Positions 1 through 12,771 of a stretch of DNA of 64,000 nt are shown here, piece by piece. The stretch is from Eledone cirrhosa (taxonomy: Eukaryota): assembly GCA_964016885.1 (NCBI GenBank), contig OZ024741.1:361584001-361648000 (forward strand), read 5' to 3'. The notes under the pieces were generated by a model, which was not told where the DNA came from, made no database searches, and saw only the letters and a list, made by a program, of their open reading frames with translations. The position numbers and the translations under genes were made by a program. Numbering within the stretch: the first letter of the stretch is position 1; the number at the start of each line of letters is the position of its first letter.

Positions 1-3000
1 ACAAGTGATTGAAAGTTACCATATCAATGTATCATTCCCCAAATCTTTCTGATCAACCATCCATTATCTAGGAAGGGGTCTGTACGGGGAACTTCTGAAT
101 AAAAAAAAAAAACCCTAGATTTTTCTTCCTAGAGACTGTTAATTTTGTTTCTTTTTGAATAATGTTTTGTGTTAGGTTTACAAAATAAGCATGTGTTGTT
201 AATGTTTATATGTATCGGTTTGAGCTCATATGCAAAAGTGTGTGTAAGTATACTTACACATACTTTTGCATATGAGCATCAAACGGTGATGATGATAATA
301 TATATATGCAGCATATAGATCCTTGCAGTTTATGCAATACACTCACATGCATGTACATTTACACACATTCCCACTACATGTATACATATGAATATCTACA
401 CATGCACACATACAGATGTATGCATGTACATACTGACACATACACACACACACACATGCATCTGCAGCTATATGCATATTTATGTGGGTAAAGTTTCCAT
501 AATATCATAAGAATCGCACAAACCATTACTTTCAGAAATTTTTTAAACATGCATAACTGAAGTTACATGTTATATCCATAAAATATTATATACATTTTGA
601 CTAAAAATAAATGTGGTGAGAAATCGAGGACTGCACAGAATGGAAAGCCCTCTTTTTAAACTGTAGTGGACAGGATATCTTCTCTAGTCTTGGCGTTGTG
701 ATGAAATGCACTTAGTTCGCTTTATAAAATGGTTGATGAATAAATTGAGAAAATATAAGGGAGAAAGTTCCCTTTGTCCTTGTTGAAGACCTAACAACCT
801 CTCTGAAGTTGGTACCACAATAAAATGCACCCAATACACTCTGTAAATATTGTCGTTAGGAAGGCTTTGCCCTAGAAGTTATGCCAAAATATGGAACAAA
901 GCATGGTATCAAGAATTTGGAGGGAATTAACAATATAACTTTTTCCTTATTAATCTGATGTTTGGAATATAACTTAAAGGTTCTAGCATAAAAAATGTGA
1001 TGGAAGGTTTTTAGATAATTATAAACACTTTTAAAATAAACAGCTTTGTCTCATAGAATCATGGATGGTTTCAGGCAATTTGGTATCAAAAGGGTTAAGT
1101 ATGCTTGTTTTTATTGTGTAGATGGTTTATGAGTGTTGCCTGAGTGTAGCATTGATTTAAAAAAAAAAATGTTAATCATGCTATTATGCTATGGTCTATT
1201 TTGTATTCTTTGGGATTTGTTGTGAAGTGGTTGGTTATGGCCATATGAAGAGGGATCCAGATATAACCAACATAATCCATGATGGAACTGATGTATTATT
1301 TATACACTACCATTGTTTCTTTGCAATGCATATGAAAGCTTAGTATGTTTATGCATTATTTTGTTTTTGTTATTGTTTTCTGTGTGTTGGTGAAAGTCAT
1401 AGGGATATTGTTGGTATTTCCTATTATTTGTTTTCTGTGTGTGCTATGTTGTTGAATGTGATGTTTGCCTGTATCTGCTGATTATGGTGTTACTAGAGAA
1501 AAGAGATTGATGTTTTTGTTCTTGGTTAGCCCCAGGTCAACCGTGATTGAGTTACTAATGAACAAAGCCATTATCAAAAAATAGCTGTTTCTCCTTCAGG
1601 TTATTTAGAGCTAGGAGAAACAAGAATATGACCATGTGCTGCTATATTTTTGGCTTCATGTACATTAACATATTTTGTTTCCATAAATATAGTATTTAAA
1701 CCCTTTTGTTATGAAACTGCCCTGGTTCTATAATACTAAACTGTTATTTTAAAGTGTTTATATTTATCTAAAAAAACCTTCCATCATAAATTTTACTTAA
1801 GAACTTTGTTAAGTTGTGTTCCAAACATTAGCTTAACAATAATGAAGTTACTAAATCCTTTCAAGTTCTTGATTATTTTCAAAATAATTTGAAAGTTATA
1901 GGCAGTGTCTTTCATTAGAAAAGGTTAACAATATAGTTAGTAGTTGAAATAATTGTTAGTGGTGTTGTTTATGTAAGATTGCATGAGTATTAGGTGTGTC
2001 TCTATGTTATTGGGATACTTGGCAAATTGGTAGAGTCATTAGAATGTTGGATAGAATACTTTGCAGTATTTATTCAGGCTTTCTGCGTTCTGAGTTCAAA
2101 CCCCACTGAGGTCAACTTTGCCTTTCATCCTTTTGAGGTCAATAAAAAAAGTACCAGTCCAGTACTGGGATCGGTTTTTCCTCTATATCTCTTTATAACT
2201 ATCTCTCTCCTTCTCTGGAAGGGGATTTAATAGTTATTTTTTGTTTTTGTCTTGAAAGGAAAGATGCTTCCTCCTAGTATTAGTTAATATATGTATGTGG
2301 TGTTTTATGTTTCTGTCTACTCTATGGTTTGTCATGGCTGATTTTACAGAAATATTTGTAGGAGAATATTTGCTTGTTATTGCTGTGTGATTATCTGGTT
2401 TGCTATTACAATAAGAAATACTGAAGCTATTATTGCTATTAGTATTATTATTAGTAAATCTGCCAAGAGTGGAGAAGTAGTGCCAGACTAAATGTCTTGT
2501 AATAGTTGGCTACATTCTTTTACTTTCTGAGATAAAATCTTGTTGAGGGTGATTTTGTCCTTTGTTCTTTTAGGGTCAATAGACTAAAGATTTGTGGCGG
2601 ACCCACTGGAATCTTTTGGCCTCCATCCTCTGTTACGCTGTTATAATGCCAGCTGCCTTCCATGCCATACTGCTTTCAGTAAGATCATAAAGCATGGCCT
2701 TGACGCCAAAGGTTTCCCTTCCCAGCTCAAGTCGGTGGGGAGTGGAATGAGGGTACGGTAAAAGGCCAGAAGGCATGACAATCCGCTTTGGTAATCCCTA
2801 CATCTAGGATACTATATATTGTGATACATTCTCCAGCAGCAACCTGGAGCGTTAAGCAACTAGCCCAGGCTCCTCTGCTTATCAGGCTGAAGAGGGCAAA
2901 CTGTCAAAATATCAGTTTGTGGGCGAGCCTATGACAGAGGAAATTTTTGGTGTTCTTGGCCTCTAGACCACATCCCTACTGACTGCTATTAGAGTAGAGT

Positions 3001-4542
3001 TGATTACCTGTAAGAGTGAGCCCTGTGAGTTGAGTGGCTGTTCCAGTGCATCTCCCTAGCTATCCCCCAAGGCAACACCTTCTCGATTCTGTCTGCAGAG
3101 ACCACAAGGTGGACTAAACCTTAAACAATGAAATGGCAAATATAAATGTTAACTATATTTTACCCACAAGGTATTTATCAACTCAAGGCTATAGTAGAGG
3201 ACACTTGTTCAAGGTGTCACACAGTAAAGTGAACCTGAAACCCTGTAGTTGTAAAATGAACTTCTTAACCACGCAACCATGCCTCTGCCTACTACACAAA
3301 TACGACTATGAAAGAAACTGCCTTTGATTTTCAATTAATGTTTAAAATAATGAAAATTTTGGAGGGATTTAGTAATATAACTAGCTTTCTGATTATTAAG
3401 TTGTGTTAAACATAAATTAAGAAAAGGTTCTTACAAAAAAATTATAATAGAAAGTTTAAATTGAAACAGGACACACAACCAGGCAGGTTGGTATCAAAAG
3501 TGTTGAGACTGTTTTCCCTGGTAAAGCACTGGATAACTTTGGATGTCCTTCCTGGTGCCAACATTTTGAGTTGCCTCATATGACTTGCAGGGATACAGTG
3601 AACCTATTCTAATCCAGATACATACAGCAATTACATAAATACTAGAGAAATATATTTTCGTGTTAATTTAGTTTGTCTTCTGGTAATTTATTGTTGTATG
3701 TATGCATTACTTTTGGTTAGGATTTTGTTTTACTGTTTTATTACTACTTTACTAGAATGGAAAGGGCATTGCCTATGACCCTCATCAGGCCTTCTGAGAT
3801 GAGGGAGAGTGGGATGTTTTCTCAAACCAGGCCTTAAAAAACCTAGTTATTGTGTTAAAGACATTCTGTCTGACACTATATCAATTCCACCAATCCACCA
3901 TCTTTGACTGCTACTTTATTTTATTGACCCCTAAAAGATGAAAGGTGTAGTTGACCGTTGCAAAATTTGAATGGAGAATGCCAAGTGTGGAACAAATATT
4001 CCAAGATATTTTTCTTTAATAAAAATGCCAATTTGCCATGTAAGTATTTAAGCATTATTAAAACTCACTGAGTTTGAAACATCATCATCATTATCATTTA
4101 ATGTCTGCCTTCCATGCTAGTGAGGGATGGACAGGTTAGCAGCAGGTCAATTTGGTGCACAAAGTGGAGGTACTGACTCCTGTATCTTGCTTACGTTCCT
4201 ACACACTACTGAGAACTTGGGTGGGTTGGCATCATGCAACTCATTACCATATGAATTAATTTTATTGTGACACCAGCACTAGGGTGACTGTCATGTCTTT
4301 GACACAGCTGAAGTCTGCCCAACTCCTTGTTCTGCAGGTTTTCTATGGCTGGATGCCCTTCATATTACCAACCACTTTACAGAATGTACCAGGTGCATTT
4401 ATCATGTAAATTACCAACAGAAAATGTTAGCAGAAAAGTTCTCCCAATTCTGTTTGGCAGGTTTTCTATGGCTGAATGACCTTTCTATCACCAACCACTT
4501 TACAGAGTATACTGTTGCATTTAATCGTGTAAATCACCAACA

Positions 4543-4727
4543 CTAGAGAGTTTAGTGGAAGAGCCCTCTCCACCTATTGAATATTCTGTACATTTTCACT
4601 GAGTCAATTGTGAAGATATTAAGTTGCCTTAATATTTTGTTTCATGAACATTCTAGAACGTTTTTGACGGACCATAGTATTTGCGTGACAGATGGACAAA
4701 AAGGTCATACACTTTTTATTATATAGA
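4543..4727 (-). mobile_element. Putative mini-Helitron (about 185 bp)
   Basis: 5' A|TCTATATAATAAAAAG..TGTCCATCTGTC at 4727. 3' hairpin gtggagag..ctc.tccac followed by CTAG|T at 4543. Confidence 0.5.
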
Positions 4728-6559
4728 TTGATATTCCAAAATACATTCAAATACAAAATTTCCTTTTGTATTCATTTGACTCAATATTAATTTTTTGTTT
4801 AATATTGGGTCAAACATTTTTGATTACATAACCAAATGGAAGTGGGATATACTTGATGTGTATTTCTATTTATTTGTATTATAAGATAAGTTGTAATAGA
4901 TAACACGTCTAACAAACTGGAACATTTAAAAATATTTTCAGCTATGTATGCTTTCTATTCACTTGTGATAACTGTGTGGCTGTTTACTTATACACATAGA
5001 TATATACCTACAAGGTCAATGAAAAACCTCTTGGCACTATAGTGTTTAGTATGAGGCATGCTAATGTAACTGATTTGTTTAACCCCTTTCATATCAGCCA
5101 GCCAAGGAGATTTAACCCTTTTGTTATCATGTTTCTAATGAAAAATACTGACTTTTTAAAAATTTTTTTATTAAATAATTTTGAAAATAAGCAGGAATTT
5201 GAAGGGATTTAGTATAACTAAGTTTCTCATTATTAAGCAAAGGTGCTTACTTAAATTATGATGTAAGGCTTTTAGTTAAATATAACATTTTAAAACAAAC
5301 AGATTTGTATGCTAGAAACAGGGGTGGTTTCAGGTGATTTGGTATCAAAGGAGTTAAATAATCAGTTGAAATCAAAGAATACAAATTAAATTCTCACCTA
5401 CTGATGTGGGTTGGCTAACGCTGCAATTGAACATCTATCCAAACATGGTCTAATCTGTGAGGCTTAACTTTCTCAAGTCAAATCTGACCATTTTTGTTGA
5501 TTCACTTTATTATAGGCATCTTCTGCCATAAACTAATGGATGTTGTTACTGATCAAACATCATTGGTTTTCTTTCCAAATCCATACTAACATAATTGTAT
5601 CTCCTATATACATCAGAAAGCACACTGTCTAGTGGTTAGAGTGTTGGTCTCATGATCAGAAGGTCTTTGGTTTGATCTTCCATTTGGGTAGAATGTTGTG
5701 TCCTTGAGTAAAGCACTTCGCTTCATGTACTCCAGTTCACTCTGCTGAAAATGAATGCTAGTAGTAACAGAGGTTAACCTTGCAACTAACTGGCATGCCA
5801 TGCAAGGATGAATCTTGTACTTTCAGGTACTTCACACCACATTAAATTTTGATAAATTCCAGCCTACTCATCTACCCTCTGCTAGCAGGGAAAATGGAAC
5901 CTTTAATGGTTGATTGTAGGAGTGCTGTTAAAAGTCACAGTGTGTCTTGGACATTTTTTAATACCTGACAATATCCATACCTCACCAGGTTTGAACATAG
6001 CCAATTTCTTTCTGAGAAGGAGAGAAAGTGATAGAGGAAGAACACACTCTAGTACTAGATTGATACTTTATTTATTAACCTTGAAAGGATGAAAGGCAAA
6101 GTTAATCTTGACGGGATTGAGTCAGAACAAATACCAAAGAATTTTTAATCTGATGCCAATTTGCCACCCAAGCATGGAAAAACATGGAAAAACAATGAGG
6201 ATGATGATATTCATCAGACAGCTTTTTAAAAACCATTAACTGTCTCAAGTAACCTTCACTTAACTTTGAGTTATACTCAATGTTATTCTATAATCACTGT
6301 TGCGTCTCTACATTTATTGCCCATGTTTCAGTGCTGTATAGCTTTACACCTCACTGAAACTACAGGTGTTACCAACAAAGGGAAAATTAAAATTTTGATA
6401 CCAAACTACTCTTAGTTCTAGCTTAACGTGTTTATATTTATCTAAAATCCTTCCATCATAATTTTATCTAAGAGCTTTTGTTAAGTTATGCACCAAACAC
6501 TAAGCCCTTTAGTTACCAAACTGCCCTTTCATCCTACAATACAAAACTATTTATTTTAA

Positions 6560-6769
6560 CCCTTTAGCATTCACATTGCTCTATATATACTATTATATTT
6601 TCATGGTAAAGGCTTTATCTCGCATAATTATCTCACATAATATCGAATCTATGAGATTTTGAAAGTATTTATTTTGAGAACAATACCTTAACATCAATTT
6701 GAGTGACCAGTTACAGCCAGTTTCAACAGAAAAAGGTAGAGAATTCTGGCCAGTTTGAACATTAAAGGG
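6560..6769 (+). mobile_element. TTAA MITE family 2 copy nested in a family-1 MITE
   Basis: TTAA|ccctttagcatt...cattaaaggg|TTAA, nearly identical to 19881-20086. Removing it restores tttattttaa.agt.tttatatttatctaaaaacc of family 1. Confidence 0.85.
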
Positions 6770-7670
6770 TTAACAGTATTTATATTTATCTAAAAACCTT
6801 CCATCATAATTTTATGTAAAAACCTGTATTGTGTTTCAAATTCTTGAATAATTAAAAAATTATTTGAAAATCACAGGCAGTGTTTTACATTAGAAATATG
6901 GTAACAAAAAGGTTAATCTTCCATTCCTCTGTTACCACTACCTTTAACTCCATTAATTATATCCCCTAAGTATATGGAATGTAACTACTCCTCCCCTTCT
7001 AGTGAGTCACTTGAGAAGTTCATAGATTTCAGTTAATGGTTGATGCACCTAAAGCATTAGTCCTCTTTAGTTCTTCCCCAGAGATCTCATTTCAACTATT
7101 ATACTTCCTTCTAATTATACACTGTTAAGTCTCTGCCTCCTTTCCTTTATTAAAACAAGGTTATGACTCTGATCTTACTATAAACTAATATATTAGATTT
7201 GGCCATGTACATTTTCAACCCATTTAAGCCAAATCTAATATTTTATTTTACTAATTTTACAGTTCTCAATACTAGAGGGCATCCAGTTGTGATCATTTTT
7301 GCCAAGACAAAACTGTTTTTGAATTAAATTCTGGTTGAGTTAATTCTTCAGTTGTGTCAAGGACATTACAACCTCTCTAGGGCTGGTGTTACAATAAAGT
7401 GTACTCAAGACACTCTGTAAAGTCGTTGGTGTAAGGAAGAGCATTCAGTTGTAGAAACCATGCCAAAACAGAAATGTATTCAAGCAAGATGTAGCCCTCA
7501 ACAATGGTGATGTTGATGATGAATTAGCTCATTACTTTGTGTTTTGCTCTTTAATCAATTGTTAAAAGCCATAATCCATTCCCTGCATCTTCAGAGCCTA
7601 TCAGATGAAAGCAATCAACTTATGTTAGTCAGCACATGAGCATTTATCTTATATATATATATATATATAT

Positions 7671-7720
7671 CATCATCATCATCACCGTTTTACGTCCGTT
7701 CTTCCACGCTAGCATGGGTT

Positions 7721-7723
<3 letters not shown>
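7671..7723 (-). mobile_element. 53-bp extreme 3' end of the young RTE, embedded in (TA)n
   Basis: catcatcatcatcaccgttttacgtccgttcttccacgctagcatgggttaga is identical to the 3' terminus at about 12758-12810 and is flanked on both sides by TA repeats. Confidence 0.85.
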
Positions 7724-7764
<41 letters not shown>

Positions 7765-7767
<3 letters not shown>

Positions 7768-8523
7768 CATCATCATCATTGTTTAATGTCCATTTTCCAC
7801 GGTAGCATGGGTTAGATGGGTTGTCCCGTTTGAGGCACAGGTCAGGTGATTGTATCTGACTCATACAGAACTGTTTCTGGCTTGATTTCAACAACTGGAT
7901 GCCCTTCCTAATGCCAACCACATTTACAGCGTGTGCTGGGTGCTTTTTGTCGTGACACCTACACGACCACTTTACAGTAAGGCTGGGTGTTTTTTGTCGT
8001 GACATCTACACGACAACTTTACAGTGTGGGCTGGGAGCTTTTTGTCAGGACACCTACACGACTATTTTACAATGTGGGCTGGATGCTTTTTTTGTTGTGA
8101 TACCAACACAACTTTACAGTGTAAAGGTGGTATGAACAGAAGTGGGTGGGCAGGTGTTGGGGCATGGGAGGTGTATGGAAAGGAGTATAGTGGTTAAGAA
8201 GTGCCTACTAGATGTATGTTTCAGTCTGTGTGCATGACATGGTGGGTCTTTTGCATTACTGCCAAAGATCTCGAACCTGTGTCTTTGTCTTTGAGAGGTG
8301 CAATTATACAAGGTCTGTTTTTATCACCTCATTCCAGATCTTCCTGGGTTTTTCTACTCCATAGTTTCCATCAACTTTGAGTGTTCTGCACCTTTTTATA
8401 CAGCTGTCATCCTTTATACGCATCACATGACCATACCAACATAATCTCCTCTTTAGCATACTGCATCTGATCCCTCTTATGCCCAATTTCTCTCTCAGTT
8501 CATTTACACTTTGCCCTTCATGT
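7765..8523 (-). mobile_element. 5'-truncated RTE copy related to the 12.7-17.1 kb element
   Basis: (CAT)n tail and a 3' UTR with about 48-bp tandem units (accactttacagtgtgggctgggtgc...cctacacg). ORF remnant RRLCWYGHVMRIKDDSCIKRCRTLKVDGN matches the intact element's C-terminus. Confidence 0.88.
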
Positions 8524-8846
8524 ATCACACATACGTACACGCACGCGTGTACGTATACAAGCCAAGAGATATGTGACAAAAATATCAATTGTAAAATGGG
8601 AGAGCAGCTTATATTTGTGGTCACTATTTTGCCAATTTTCACTGACTTCAAAATTATACATAAATAAAGTGTTGAAATATTTGCTTTTTTGGAGGTGAAT
8701 ATTACACCTGTTTCACTTCAAAGTTGATTACTACACTGCATTTGCTTTTGATGTGAAATTCATATTTCATATTGTTTTTGATGTTTTGATTAATATGGCC
8801 TTCAAAATGGTCGGAAATTGGTAAAAGAAATCATTATTTTAACTCA

Positions 8847-9133
8847 GGCGGTAGATTGGCAGTATTGGTAGAGTGTCGGATGCCATGCTTTGGCGCATAG
8901 AGTTACGGCCCTTGCCACTCTGAGTTCAAATCCCGCCGAGGTTAACTTTGCCTTTCATCCTTACGGGGTTGATAAAATAAAGTACCAGTAATACACTGGG
9001 TAATTGCTGGCCTTGTGCCTAACGTAGAAACAATTATTTTAACTTTGCCTTTCATCCTTACGGGGTTGATAAAATAAAGTACCAGTAATACACTGGGTAA
9101 TTGCTGGCCTTGTGCCTAAAGTAGAAACAATTA
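8847..9133 (+). mobile_element. tRNA-derived SINE family A (central domain resembles MetaSINE core) with a duplicated 3' half; representative copy
   Basis: A-box tggcagtattggtagag, B-box gagttcaaatccc, core aactttgcctttcatccttacggggttgataaaataaagtaccag, tail gtagaaacaattatt. TSD attatttttaact (8833-8845 / 9033-9045). Other copies near 2020-2170, 11947-12368(-), 20119-20202, 23765-23940, 24318-24505, 27390-27550, 28250-28480(-), 32350-32500(-), 33384-33571, 55470-55790, 58700-58870(-), 59860-60030(-) and 60641-60830. Confidence 0.85.
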
Positions 9134-9169
9134 TGTAATGGAGTTGTGAAACAAAACTATACTCTAAAT

Positions 9170-11666
9170 CAGTGATTCTCAACGTGGTCCAAGTGAACCA
9201 CTGGTGGTCCACATAGCATTTCTAGTGGTCCACAGAGAATTCGTAGCCATAAAAAAATTGTAGCCATTTTACAAAAATGTAACTAATATAATATTTTGTT
9301 TAATTACACACATGTCCATTATATTTGAAAATTTCGAAATTACGTAGGTATTATGCAGTGCTATATTTATTTTATTTTATTTTTTATTCATATAAAAAAA
9401 TGGTACTTGTAACGAATGTACATACCGTGAAATCTTCTTTGTTGATAACTAAAACAGACAGACAGACAGACATTCGGCAAATTATAGTAAGATATTCAAG
9501 AGAATAGCAAAGACTCGGTACATATATCCGCCACAAGGACCCAAAAAATTATTCCTATGCTAATAGATCACTACACAATATTGTTTGATAATAAATTTGA
9601 TATTTCTAATTTATAGAAATAAAGTATTTATTATTTTTATTTTTGTTTCATATCAGTTGTAAGAATGTCTGAACCAACTGCTAAAAAGGCAAAACTGAGG
9701 AATTACACAGAAGATTTTATCATGTTTGGCTGTGTATCTGTAGACTCAAAACCTATGTGTCTTGAATGTGGTGCCATCTTGACAAATCATTCCATGAAGA
9801 AAGTTAAGCTGGAGCAGCACCAGAAATCAAAGCATCCATCATCTGTTGGTAAAGATAGGGAATATTTTGAGAATAAAAATAAAAGACAGTCAGTCAAACT
9901 ATCCGACTTTGTAAAGAAGATGAATACTGCAAAAGCAAAGACACTCAAACCAAGTTATTTGGTATCTGAAATTATTGCCACGGTTGCAGCACCTCAGGTT
10001 TATGGTGAGAAGCTTGTCAAGCCTGCTATGATAGCTTGTGCAAATGAGGTTCTAGGAAAAGATGCTGCATCTACCCTGAGTACAATTCCACTTTCAAATG
10101 ACACTATTACAAATGTCTAATTTTGTTGAGGAGAAAATGGTGGAAATTTTGCAAAAGTCAAACTTTTCTATCCAGGTTGATGAGAGCACAATTCATAACC
10201 AAGCTATCCTTCTGGTCTATGTCAGATTCATGCATGAAGATGATATAAGGGAAGAAATGTTATTCATTAAAAGTTTGCCTGAAACTACTAATGGAGAAGA
10301 TGTATTCAATGAAGTAATGCAGTATTTTAATGATAAAAATATTCCATTGACTAATTTGATCAACATTGCATCAGATGTATCTACAGCCATGACTGGAAAA
10401 GTGAAAGGCTTTGTTTCTAGAATGAAATCAGTTGCTCCTCACATCTTTTATATACATTGCATTATCCACAGACAGCATTTGGTTGCTAAGAATATTGGAG
10501 GAGACATGCAAGAAGCACTCAACACTGCCATACATGCAATTAACTTTGTCAAATCAAACTCAGTGAATAATAGATTTTTTGTGCAATTCTGTGAAGATGA
10601 AAATTTAAAAACCCTATTGCTTCACACAGAAGTAAGATGGTTGTCAAAAGGCCTGAGCCTTGAAAGACTAGTGTATTTGTGGGAACCATTAATCAGCTTT
10701 CTCATGTTCAAGTCCCAAATGACTCATTACAACTCCAAGAAGCAAGCTGATACAGCTAAGGAAATTTTGGAAAGACTTCCTGAGTTTAAATCAAAAATAT
10801 TCTACCTGAGTGATATTTTTAAAACAGTGAATCTGCTTAACTTGGAGCTGCAAGGTAGAAGATCAGATTTAGTCACCTGTGCTCAGAAGATAAAAGGCTA
10901 TATGGGGAAATTGAAATTTTGGAAAAAAACAGTTTTAGAAAAGAAATTTAGCATCATTTCAAAATTTCAACACCACTGCTCCTACATCAGAATGCATTGC
11001 TGCATGCATTGCCCATCTTGAAGGTCTCTTGGAGGACTTTGACAGAAGATACAATGATCTATTAAAGATGGATTATCCACTCTGGTTTGTAGACCTAGAA
11101 AATTATGAGCCAGGAGATGAAAATGTTGAGTTGGCTGAAATGTTGTTAGACTTGAAAGAGAATGTAAAACTGAGAAGAGTTGACAAAGAAGGTGTCTTTG
11201 CCTACATATCGATAAAGGGCTCACACCCAAATATTTTTCAACATGTAGAAGCAAGCATCATTTCTTTGCCTACCACATGGATGGTGGAATCTGGATGTTC
11301 AGCTGTTGTGGATGTTTTCAGTAGAAAAAGAAATAAATTAGATCTCAACAGCAGAGGAACTATCAGACTAAGACTGAATGACTTCATCAAAATTGATTAT
11401 GATATCTTGTGTCAGAAACACCAAGATCAAGGTAGTCACTAGCTGAATGGACTAAAACTGAATGACTTCATCAAAATTGATTTTGATATCCTGTGTTTAT
11501 CCTTGTTTACTAAAATAAATTTTAAAGTGTAAATAGACTATTTTGTCTTTTCATTAAGTATTTTAGTGTGAAAATGGAACAGCTTAAAAGTAAAAGTAGG
11601 AGTTGGTCCATTGGAATTTTTTGAAGAAAAAATGGTCCATGGGCTGAAAAAGGTTGAGAAGCACTG
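9170..11666 (+). mobile_element. Complete hAT (Buster/Charlie group) DNA transposon, about 2.5 kb
   Basis: 14-bp TIRs cagtgattctcaac / gttgagaagcactg (1 mismatch). Perfect 8-bp TSD ctctaaat at 9162-9169 and 11667-11674 with the central TA typical of Charlie/Buster targets. Subterminal ggtcca repeats at both ends and an internal transposase. Confidence 0.95.
9665..11442 (+). pseudogene. Frameshifted hAT transposase (Buster/ZBED8-SCAND3-like)
   Basis: Three ORF pieces (9665-10120, 10098-11021, 11029-11442) carry in order a BED-like CxxC...H...H finger, IPLSNDT, FSIQVDEST, ASD, HCIIH, EVRWLS and WMVESGCS. Frame breaks near 10110 and 10930-11030. Confidence 0.9.
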
Positions 11667-12739
11667 CTCTAAATAACACTTAAAACATTTTAAATACCAA
11701 AATATTAAAACTTCATAAATATATTCTCCACTCACGAGAATTTCAAAATCGCACTATCTAAACATATGTTGATGACCTGCCTCAGCTTATAAACGGGGTA
11801 TGGATCTTTGCCTATTTCTCAGACATGGGGTGGGTGGGGGGTTGTCTTATATTCGAGCATATACAGTGCGTGTGTGTGTTTGTGTGTGTGTATATGATTG
11901 AAATTTGAATTGTAGTCTTCCTAAGACTATAATAATTGACTATAATAATTGTTTCTACTTTTGGCACAAGGCCAGCTATTACCCCAGTGCATTACTGGTA
12001 CTTTATTTTATCGACCCCGTAAGGATGAAAGGCAAAGTTAACCTCTGCGGGATTTGAACTCAGAATGGCAAGGGCCATAACTCAATGTGTCAAAGCATGG
12101 CGTCTGGTTTCTGATTTAGGTTCAAGGCCAACAATTTTTGGGAAAGGGAAAGTTGATTAAATTGACCCCAGTACATTACTGGTACTTTATTTTATCAACC
12201 CCATAAAGATGAAAGGCAAAGCTAACCTTGGTGGGATTTGAACTCAGAATGTAAAGGCCCGTAACTCTATGTCGCTAAGAATTTTGTCCGACACTCTACT
12301 GATTCCGCCAATCTATCGCCCTATTTGTGACTATAATAATTGTTTCTATTTTTGGCACAAGGCCAGCAATAATAGTCAGTCAGTATAAATAATAGTTGAG
12401 AAACTTGAGCAACATATGCCTGGAGACAGAAAAAAGTAGACAGAGCATTGTACTTTAAGGCTGCCAACTATTATTCTATGTAGTTGTTTGGCTTGTTGGA
12501 AAGAGTAGCAAAATCTTCTTCAAATCACACCAGACCATCTTATCCCCTTTGATATCAATCAACATGCCTGCAATTGTCCCTGGGTTTTATGACACAAATT
12601 AAAGTGTTCATATTTAAATTAAAGCCTTTCATAATTTTATGTTAAAAGTTTTTTTATTAAGTAATATTATAATTATCAACTTAAGTGTTGTTATTAAATT
12701 CATCCAAATTCTTCATTATTTTCAAAATTTAATTAAACA

Positions 12740-12740
<1 letters not shown>

Positions 12741-12771
<31 letters not shown>

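Noticed and set aside
7918-8120. Regular repeats of about 48 bp that look array-like
   Set aside because: No unique spacers and no cas genes. They are tandem units of the RTE 3' UTR, also present at 12910-13015.
8847-8940. Possible tRNA genes (A-box and B-box motifs)
   Set aside because: No full cloverleaf seen. They continue into a shared core and tail with TSDs, so they are SINE heads.
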